Origin: Zygnema circumcarinatum SAG 698-1b
Taxonomy: Eukaryota > Plantae > Zygnematophyceae
NCBI GenBank assembly: GCA_037447605.1
Contig: JBBHKD010000030.1
Coordinates: forward strand, 1 to 18,318
DNA: 18,318 bases
Reading direction: 5' to 3'
Part shown: one piece after another, positions 1 to 8,425 of the stretch
Layout: each line of letters opens with the position of its first letter
Position numbering within the stretch: the stretch's first letter is position 1
Made by a program: the position numbers and the translations under genes
Notes under the pieces: generated by a model
Told to the model about the DNA's origin: nothing
Seen by the model: only the letters and a program-made list of their open reading frames with translations
Database searches by the model: none

Positions 1-1110
1 ACTGTATGCTTTTACATCTGGCAAGATCAGTTTGACCGCCTCGATGTTGTGGAGTCCTGGATTACTTGCATGTACTTTGAGCTATCTTAAGCGCTTTGGC
101 TAAGTCGGCTTTAGTACTACCATCAAATACATGAGGCCTCACAGATGGTAGGCCGGTATGGAATGGTCATGTAGCCTCCAGCGCGGTCACGAGGCTCCAT
201 CTCTCCTTTGAGAGTCTACCACTTTTACCCAATCCTTAGGGGTTGGCGGTGGGGACACAATCTTGCATATGATTTTTGCAAGAATATCCGGAGCATATTT
301 CTCACGACTCATAAATACTTCCCTCGGCCCCCCTCTTCATTTGAGTCCCTAATAGGTACTCGGCTTCCACGAGATCGGACATCACGAGTTTGTCTTCATA
401 AAGATCTTTGAGATCTGAATGCTGCGTCATGGATTGGCTTATGACAATCAAATCGTCCGCATTATATGCCAAGTACACCATCTTGTCTCCTTCTCCACTT
501 CCTGTAGGCGGGTGATCTGTTTTAGTCTGGTAAATCCGGATTAACTTCATGAATTGTCGATTTTCTCGTACCCGGTCACGGGCACTTTTGCTTGGTAGGT
601 ACAAGCTCTTCACCAACACACTTTTACAAGTTTTCCTTACATACCTTGTAGTCCCTTGAGGTTGGTCATATAGATTCTTCCTCTAGATGGCGTAGTACGA
701 GGAAGCGGTCTTAATATCTAGTGGTGCCGCGTCGTGTCCTCGGAGAGTGCGATGGAGATTAGGGATCACGAGAGAGTTGAATTTGATATTTAGACAAAGG
801 TCTCACGGGTAGTCTAGTGTCCGTGCTAGCGTTGCCGCTGCTGACCGGTCGGCTTTGTACTTTATCAGTAAGCCCCGTCAGGATTTCCTTTTGATTTTAA
901 GACCCATTGCATCTATGGTCTTTTACGCCGTGAACGCTGCTCCAGAGCGCCACGTGCCATTCTCGGACGGTATGGCAACTCCTTTGTCGATAAGCAGGTA
1001 CTCAGCGCTTATTCGCGTCCATTACTCTCTCCAAGCGGCTTGCGGTTTGGGGCTCGAATCTTCACCATCGAGCAGTTGCCATGGTACGCAAAATCCGAGA
1101 GTCGATTAGG
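1..1110 (-). pseudogene. pol: Degenerate Ty1/copia reverse transcriptase (RVT_2-type pol fragment)
   Basis: Minus-strand translation with frameshifts gives the copia RT motifs in order: WVLKSKGNPDG..KYKA (~850-910), DIKTA..EE.IY.DQPQG (~660-725), KSLY..KSARD and YLAYNADDLIV (YVDD equivalent), MSDLVEAEYLLG (ORF 302-619), KY..DIL...MQDC.P, IPYR...MYLM. The frame is broken repeatedly. Confidence 0.85.
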
Positions 1111-1240
1111 AGCGCCTTGATCTCGGCCTCCGCCCGACAATTTCTTGCCGGGGTGTCCGTCACGGAGTGCTGCGTAGAGGTCCAAACGCACGAGGAGAAC
1201 TTGTCGGCCGGGTTCCCTGCGTGGTGAATCAATCACGGAT
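1..1240 (-). mobile_element. Internal fragment of a Ty1/copia LTR retrotransposon, interrupted at ~1240 by gypsy A1
   Basis: Copia RT remnant at 1-1110. The sequence up to 1240 lies upstream of RT (integrase-RT linker position) and stops where the A1 LTR begins. The copia ends are outside the window. Confidence 0.7.
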
Positions 1241-1969
1241 TGATTAGCGGCTTCTGATCACCCCAAAAGGAAGAGGGTTATAGAGCGTGGCTTTATGTTT
1301 CCATCGATAGGTACCCTAGCGGTTAGGGCATCCGGATGCCTTATATATAGGAGCGGCGGGAGTCTGAGTTGTTCCTGAAGCGGTTGCGTGGGAGCCGCCA
1401 TAATCTCTATGGGCCGCGTCGGCCAGGTCCCCTCCTCTCGGCGTAGGGAGGATCACGAGCTAACGGCACCGCAGGACCAATCCGGTCCGCGGTGGATCAC
1501 GGGCCGCGGCGGATCCCCAGAATTGTGCGGATTGCGTCAGATGCGATCGCGGTCACCGATGTCTGGACCTGATTTGTCGGTCGGGCGCTGGCGTAGCAGC
1601 GTAGAGCTCGGCAGATGCACCGGCGTACGGCGGCAGCGTACGCGTCAGCGGTGCCGCAGCGGAGAATACGGCGAGCGACCGTCACGTTAGCCGCCTCGAC
1701 TCGGTATTCGGTGAGAGAGAGGGACCGCGTGGCAGTGCGCCGATTGGGCGACCTAACTTCGATCCTCCATCTTTGGTAGGGTTCCAGCGAGGGGAAGTGT
1801 ATAGGGGCGTGGGTGACGGTCGTCACCCAACCAACATACCGGCATACGGTTGCACGCCCGTCCCGGGCTGCTCCCCACTCTGAAGCTCTCTCTCTCTCTT
1901 GCTCTCTCTCCCGCTGAACTCTGGTGTGTGATTCCGCGCAGGCTGAAGGGGCGGATTTCAGCCGTTACA
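1241..1969 (+). repeat. 5' LTR of gypsy A1 (family A LTR)
   Basis: Starts TG and ends GTTACA. Homologous to 10156-10912 and 16653-17405 (CTTCTGATCACC, GCGTGGCTTTATGTTT, GTCGTCACCCAACCAACATACCGGCATACGG, CT tract). Followed by a PBS. Confidence 0.88.
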
Positions 1970-1970
1970 T

Positions 1971-1983
1971 TGGTATCAGAGCC
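1971..1983 (+). promoter_or_regulatory. Primer binding site, tRNA-iMet (A1)
   Basis: TGGTATCAGAGCC, 1 nt after the LTR terminal CA. Complementary to the 3' end of plant initiator tRNA-Met. Confidence 0.92.
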
Positions 1984-2022
1984 GCGTTGCGGCCTTCTTC
2001 TTTTGGGAGAACCTAGTGGGTC

Positions 2023-2887
2023 ATGGTGACCACTCAGCAGGAAGTAGGAGGGACGGGGCCCTGGGGCCGCCACCTCCGCCTCGGGTTCAGGAGCGAGGAT
2101 GGAGGGAGACCTTGCCAGGGGAGCTGCGGAGTCCACATGGAGGGCCGAGTCAGAAACCCCACGGATGACCAAGGTCATCCGTTTCTCCCTCGGATTCCAC
2201 CCGTGCGGCGCTCGGCAGAATCAGCAGATCATGATGAGGCCCGATACTTGTGGGCGTCCTTGAAAGATGAAGAGAGGATTGTGAGGCGGGAGTGGATGTA
2301 GCGGCGTCGCCACCATGGCACGTACGAGGCGGTGGGCGACATGGAAGCTCACGGTCGCCCGAAGCGATTGGACCGCGCTCGAGATGGAGTTCGGGAACTG
2401 GCGGAGAGGCTCCGAATCATCGAAGAAGGTATGCCCCGAACCCCCCCTCAGGCTGTAGAGGCAGTGGATGCGGCAGGTCCTGGGGAAGGGGTTAGGCAAA
2501 CCACTCCGGTGGCGTCGTCTGTCCCGACGCCCCAACCGGCTGCCGGAAGCAGCCGGCAGAAGTCCGGACCCCCTGGTTTTTCCATGGGGGGAAGCCACTC
2601 CCATGGGGGTGGCGAACCGCCACCACCAGCGATGGGGACCCGTGGTGCTGGCGGCGGAGGAGAGGATCGATCCTCAGTTGCTCCTCATAACTACTGAGAT
2701 GCGACGAGGTCGGGCAAAAGGTAGCCCGCTTTCCTTTTTGGGGCGAACATCCTGCGGGCTGGCACCGATTGGCGGTGGATTTGCGGAATCAAACAAGGGG
2801 TTACCTTCTTCGCGACCAGCATCCCCCTCCGGTGGGTAGCTTTCTTAGCACCCAGCACTCGAAGGAGCCGCATACGTGTGTATGAGG
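2023..2887 (+). pseudogene. gag: gag, N-terminal part (A1), frameshifted and truncated by insertion of B
   Basis: Starts GTCATGGTGACCACT (MVTT), as A2 does at 10964. 2700-2887 aligns to A2 11640-11815, ending at the ..PAL.GAAY.VYE motif region. Confidence 0.75.
2882..2887 (+). repeat. Left target-site duplication of element B (ATGAGG)
   Basis: ATGAGG precedes the TG of the B LTR and recurs at 18058-18063 after the terminal CA. The uninterrupted homologous site in A2 (11810-11815) has one copy. Confidence 0.85.
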
Positions 2888-3535
2888 TGTAGCGTGCCCT
2901 TCTGGCGGCGTGACCACGGAAGTACTCACTTAGTGTCTTATGACTATCCTTCATCTCGGCGCTGGCGGGATAGGTTAGGACGCTGCCAAGACCGCAAGAG
3001 GTCTTGGGCTCGATCCTTGTTACAGGCAAGGGATCTCTTTTGGATCGTACTGGTCGTCCGTACGGGTGTACGGACGCACCGACATACGGATCCCGCAGCC
3101 AGGGATCTGGCCGCGCGCCGCCGCACGTCGGCGCGCCGCACGGCGGCGTGACCCGCGAGATGCGGCGGCATCTTTGACGAAGAGTACCGTCCGATGCTAT
3201 GCGGACGGTACGTGAGCCGACTTCTGTCGGCAGCGATCGCCCGGTACGCGGCAGCGCCAGCGTCTCGGCAGCGCCCGTGAGGCTCTGGCGGCGAGACCCG
3301 CGGGCTTGTCCACCGGCCGATAACTTCGGCTAAGGATCTCCGCCAGCGGCCAGACTCTGATTAAGGCAGTCAGCTCGGTCCTCCCATCGCGGTAGGGGGT
3401 TGAAGGGGGCTTCCGGGGGCCTGCGCTCAGGGGAGAAGCTCTTTGTACCAGCATTGAGCTCAGCTCCTCTCTCTCTCTCTCGCTTCCTCTCTTGACACTT
3501 AGACTCCGAGCAGCTGCCGGGGGCAGGTTGTTGTG
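2888..3535 (+). repeat. 5' LTR of element B
   Basis: Starts TGTAGCG. Colinear with 17411-18057 (GATAGGTTAGGACGCTGCCAAGACCGCA, GATCTCTTTTGGATCGTACTGGTCGTCCGTAC, GCTCTTTGTACCAGCATTGAGCTC, CT tract, GGGGCAGGTTGTT). The 3' end and PBS (~3533-3553) are garbled, so the right boundary is approximate. Confidence 0.82.
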
Positions 3536-3599
3536 CTCAGTGAGTTTAGAGGCTATGAGGAATTTCTTTTGGGAGGGACCAGCCGCATTTGCGGCGCGA

Positions 3600-5293
3600 T
3601 TCATGCAAGCTGGCGGCAGCGAGATGGCGTCGCCACTCCCACCTCCCCTCTCTGGGTGGAGGAGGGCGTGGACATGAGGCGCGAACGGCGCTGGAAGCAG
3701 CCGCTGGACGGGCCCCGGGCCGCTGACCCCACCTGGAAGCTGCCCCTTCTTCTTCCGCGAGGGGCGGAACTCAGCGACCAGCCGCTGCGGGAGGAGCAGC
3801 GCCCATTCGCGGCCCGCGGAAGCGGCGGCGCCCTCCACTGGCGCCCGGCGAAGGTCGGAAGAGACTTACTCGGCCGGGGCGAAACACCCGAACACCAGGT
3901 GGAAGTGTGGGGGGTGCCCCATCCCGATGGATGGGGATGAAGTCCTCCCATGCGGCCCGGAGGCCCGGCGGTTGAACTCTGGCGCTTTTCAGCCCGGCGG
4001 AGGAGGCTGGCGGCACCGAGATGGCGAGCGGCGGGGCTTGGCGTTCGGCTGGCGAGGGCGTGGGGCGCCTCCTGGCCGAGATCTTTGAGCGGGGCCAGCA
4101 AAACCGCGAGGACCCTCCCCCCTCCGACCCAGCCCCGGTAAGCCCACAACCCTCACAGCCAGCATTTCTTGTCTGATGGGAAGTGACAGCACTCACAGGG
4201 GAAATAGAGGCTACGGCGCTTCGTAGGTATTACAGGACCCTCACTTTCATTCAGGCTGCCTCACGGCGGTGGAAGTGGAGTCCCGCAGCGCTCCCGACCA
4301 CGGTACGGGAGCTCCGCCAGCTGGCTGCTTCCCGCCGGCGGGAGGCGTACGCCCGTTCCTTTGAAGGAAGGTGGCGGACGCCCGGCGGCAATCACCTTTT
4401 GGCTGATGTATTTGGCCCGGTGGGGCGGCCGGTAAAATTCGCCCGGCGCACGACCTCCCGAGAAATGTCGAGGCGAGGTCCCCTCCCGTCTCACTACGGG
4501 GGATGCGGCTGCTATCGCGATTACCCAATTGATCATTAGGTAGAGGCCGATGCGTGGGTACAGTAATGTACCAATGCCCTCCCGCAATGGGTGAACTTTG
4601 CTTCACCAGCTTTTGAGGCGTGGCATGGGTGTCTATCTTGGGCCGCCAAGGCTTTTAATCGGTAAAGACTTTGAGAGTTGAGTCGAACTTCTCAAACACT
4701 GGCATCCACAGGATCCCGATGTTGCAGGGCGAGTTCGATGCATGCGGTAGGCGTGGAAATTTAATTCCTACGAGAATTGCGCGTCGCGGCTTGGGCTTAT
4801 TTACCAGAAAAGTTCCCACCTGGTCCAGAAGAATTCTTCTTAAATTCAGCCATGGATTGAAAGCTTAAAATACGTTGAGGAAAGCGACTTGTTGAATGTC
4901 CTGCATTACCTTGGAACAGCAGGGACAGCCTATGGATGATGGTGATGTTTGCGGTGCGGTCCAAGCGGCGTTGCACCTCTGAGGATGGTGCGGGGAGTTC
5001 CGTCCCCTGGCGATGCTTGGACGCGATTGACGACGGCGCCAAAGCTGATGCGCCCGGTGACGACTGGGGAAATAGCGAGAGGAAATTTCCTTCCCTCTCA
5101 CCCGGCGGCACCAACGACCCGCGGCCGCCAAAACTTGCTCCACCGAGGAGATGGAGGCTTTGCTTGGCAGCGGAAAACAGAGATGTTTGGATTCGCGAGG
5201 AAAGTGGGGCATAGGTCTTATGACTGCCCATCTTTCAAGAAGGATAGGAAGGGGAAAGGGCCGGCGGAAAACGGCTCCCCACCGGCAGCTTAG
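3600..5293 (+). pseudogene. gag: gag of element B (retrotransposon gag core and CCHC knuckle), frame broken; start approximate
   Basis: 4585-4870 yields fragments QWVNFASPA, ELLKHWHPQDPDVAGR and PGPEEFF..FSHGLKA, matching A2 gag (AWVSFAYPA, ELIKHFGALDPGLEAR, PGQAEFFFHFRNGLKP). Damaged knuckle at 5184-5227 (..GHRSYDC). C-terminus DRKGKGPAENGSPPAA*. Confidence 0.72.
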
Positions 5294-5310
5294 GGGTCTC
5301 TGCTGGTGGG
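5266..5310 (+). promoter_or_regulatory. Candidate -1 ribosomal frameshift signal (element B)
   Basis: G_GAA_AAC in the gag frame (5266-5272), 5-nt spacer, stem CCCACCGGCAG/CTGCTGGTGGG (5278-5288/5300-5310), with gag TAG (5291-5293) in the loop. Same layout in A2. Confidence 0.7.
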
Positions 5311-5478
5311 CTTGACAGTAGGGGGGGCAGCGCATTAGCTGCCATCACTAGTGTAGAATGTTGTATTCCAAGGGCGGATGACATTCTTAAAGTGATTGGG
5401 GGAGTTTTCAGCGGGAATCTGTTGTTTGTGTGCGATGCATTCCCTGCTGATTATTCATTGCCACCTGCTATGCTTGTG

Positions 5479-5488
5479 NNNNNNNNNN
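5479..5488. other. Assembly gap (10 N); four more at 8226-8235, 12062-12071, 12846-12855 and 13650-13659
   Basis: Runs of exactly 10 N. Comparing A2 with B shows the true gaps are longer: the protease N-half and the GPF region of B, and the whole protease-to-RT start of A2, are missing. Confidence 0.97.
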
Positions 5489-8235
5489 CAGATTTCTGGC
5501 AGCGTCAGCGTGAAGTTGAAGATGCAGTTTTACTCCGGGGTAGTCAACTGCTTGTTGACATTGTTGGCCCCAAGGACAGACTTCATCTTGGGGAGCAAAT
5601 GGCTGACGCTTATGGGCGCTCAGCTAGATTTTGTTATCCCTAACTGCGTCCTCCGCAGTGAGGGAAGACGCATAACGCTGCAACCAGGCACTCCTTCGGG
5701 ACCAGCCTCGTCGCAGTCATCTTTGTCGTTTCTGTGCTCCGCCATGCAATTGGGCAAAGCACTAAAAACGAGTAGCATCTTGTTTATGGTGCAAGTCATG
5801 ACGGCAACCGAGGACGCTCATGACGGGGATCAGGAATGGCAACCCACTGCGGGTGAAACAATGCCATCTGTCCCAACTGTGTTTCAACCTTTGTTGAAGG
5901 CGTTTGAGGATGTGTTCCCAGACGATCTGCCAAGGGGTTTGCCTCCAGCCCGAGGGGTGGGGCATACCATACCCCTTGAACCAGAAGAGACACCTCCTTG
6001 GAGGCCTATCTATAGGCTTAGTCCAAAGGAGACTGAGGAGATGCGTAAGCAACTCGCTAGTCTGTGTGATAAGGGCTGGATTGAACCCAGCCAGAGTCCC
6101 TTTGGGGCTCCTATCCTTTTTGTCGGCAAAAAGGATGGGTCTTTACGAATGTGCATCGATTACCGGGCACTGAACAAGATCACGGTAAAGAACAGGTTTG
6201 CTTTACCGCGAATAAATGATCTGCTGGATCGTCTGCAAGGGGCGAAGGTGTTCACCTCGCTCGACCCCTTGCGGCGGGGCTCCGCTCCAGTCCGTGTCAC
6301 CGGTCTTGATGTTCTAAAGAGCGGCATTTCGGGCCTTGGGTGGTCACTTCGGTACAAAGGTCTTTACCTTTTGGACGACCAGCGCTCGGCGCTTTACATT
6401 CAAAAGGCGTGATGAGCGAAATGTTGCGATGCGGCATGGATGACTGTCCTTGTCTGCACCGGATGATATCACGGTATTACGGCTAAGACGGGGCCGTACG
6501 ACATCTTGTGCATATGCGCCAAAGTGTTACGAGGTGTTCGCGAAACTTACACGTTTTATGCGGCGAGAAAGAAGTCAACCAACTTCATGCAACGAGAGTT
6601 GTTGTATCTTGGGCATATCTTGAACGATCAGGGACTGAAACCTGATCCAGCCAAGGTGTCTGCTGTAAAGACATGGGCTGTACCGGCTGATCTTCATCAG
6701 TTGCGGTCTTTTCTTGGATTTTGCGAATTATTTTTTAAGTAAGTTTATCAAGGCTTTAGTAGTTGGTAACTCTTACCAATTTGACCGCGTTCGTTATGGC
6801 GTATGCATGAACACGAGGAGTGCCGGGGCGGCATTTGATGGTGTGAGACATGCGCTTGTGACAGCACCTACGTTGAGGTTGGCTGATCCGCGGTTGCCAT
6901 ATGAAGTGGTATGTGACGCTTCGGGGTTCGCTTTGGGTGCGGTCTTGTTCCAAGGCGACCAACCTGCTTCACGAAATTATAAGATGAACAGTGAGCGAAA
7001 CTGCCTGCATGACCGGGGAAGCTCTTGGCGTTGTTCACGCCACGAGGACATGGCGTTGTATTTGGAGGCGGTGTGATCCCTGGCCCGGTCGCAGGACCAC
7101 CGTCCAGCGGCGTTCCTCTCCACTCCGTGAGACTCTTTTCGAGGCCCGGCGGCGAGCCTGGCCCCAGTGCGAGTTCCTCCATGATTCGGCTGCAAGTGAG
7201 GCGGGAGGCTGAATATAGCGGACCAGCTGGCGAGGCAACCCATTCATCTAGCACGGATGATCGCATTTCCGTCATTTCAGTGTTAGTGATGCGGATGAAG
7301 GGTGGAGCCGAAGGGCCCGTAGCCAGCGTTTACATCTCCCGTTATGTTTGTCATGAAGCCCCTCCACCCGGTGACGCTGATCAACCCTCTAACTCTCTCG
7401 ATTCCGGACAGATGGTCGGGGAGGGTACAGCGTGATCCGCTTTGTTCTGGGCGGCCAAGGCAATGGCTATAAGAACAAGCTTGTGCTTCGGGACGGTTTT
7501 TGGTACCACGATAAGCAGTTAGTTGTACCCAAGGCTGGATCTGTACGGCAGCTCATACTGAATGAGATGCACGATCCTCCGTACAGAGGCCATATGGGAG
7601 TTGCCAAAACCCGTGAAGCACTGCTCCGAGAATTCTGGTGGCCCGGAATTACAGCGGACGTGGAGGCATATGTACTCGCATGCCCTACTTGTCAACGGGA
7701 TAAGCCTCGCACGGGACCTGTGCCTGGCTTGCTCCAGCCCCTCGCCCCTCCTTACAAGAAGTGGGAGAGTGTGGGTATGGATTTGATCCATGAGACTTGT
7801 GGCGACTAGGGGTTTTTGACTTCATCCCACCGTGTTTGTGGAACCCGCTGAGCAGATGGTGCATTTTGGAATGCTAGCAGGCGGTGAGGGCGGCGAGATG
7901 CTGCGGTATATGTTGACAGGGTAAGATTAGAGCATGGACTTTCAATCTGAGATCATCTCAGATCGTGATACCCGATTCACAGGGCATTTCTGGAAAGAGA
8001 TCCTCCGGATTATCGGGACTAAGCAGGCTATGAGTACAGCCTTCCACCCTCAGACAGATGGCCAAACTGAGTGGGTGAACCGGATTCTGGAAGACTATTT
8101 GAGGCATTATGTGGGACCCATCCCGGATGGATGGGATGAACTGCTCCCGGTGGCTGAGTATGCCATTAACAATGCATTCCAGGAATCAATCGGTACCACT
8201 CCTTTCTTCTTGAACTTTGGTCAGCNNNNNNNNNN

Positions 8236-8340
8236 CGTGAAATGGTTGGGCTATGGGGTTGAACATAGCACGTGGGAACGTGAGAGCAATCTGACAAATT
8301 GCAAGGAGCTCCTGAGGTTGTACTGGGAGGCGCAGACCGC
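8236..8340 (+). other. Chromodomain (C-terminal part) of the element B integrase
   Basis: VKWLGYGVEHSTWERESNLTNCKELLRLYW fits the chromodomain consensus VKWxGyxxxxxTWEpexnL..c.ell..y. Confidence 0.9.
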
Positions 8341-8425
8341 TGGTGAGCGGGCGAGGGCGGCTAGGGGGGTTCCCGAACTGTTGGTGCAAGGAGGGCCCGA
8401 GGGGGGGCAGCCTTCAAGGAAGGGA

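Noticed and set aside
1342-1349. TATATATA as the LTR TATA box
   Set aside because: It is present only in the A1 LTR; the A2 LTRs have CCCTATAG at this position, and it lies in a noisy block.
1971-1983. tRNA gene fragment
   Set aside because: It is only the 12-13 nt complement of the tRNA 3' end at the PBS position, with no cloverleaf.
3197-4196. Long minus-strand ORFs (3197-3838, 3601-4149, 3771-4196) as accessory genes
   Set aside because: They lie over a GC-rich LTR and the gag 5' region, where stops are rare. They are Arg/Ala/Pro/Gly-rich with no motif, and the LTR-derived part is not conserved in frame in the other B LTR (17477-18016).
5291-5338. Stop-codon readthrough of the gag TAG as the route to Pol
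   Set aside because: The 0 frame closes again at 5336-5338 in B and 12362-12364 in A2, and the amino-acid and synonymous-site conservation lies in the -1 frame.
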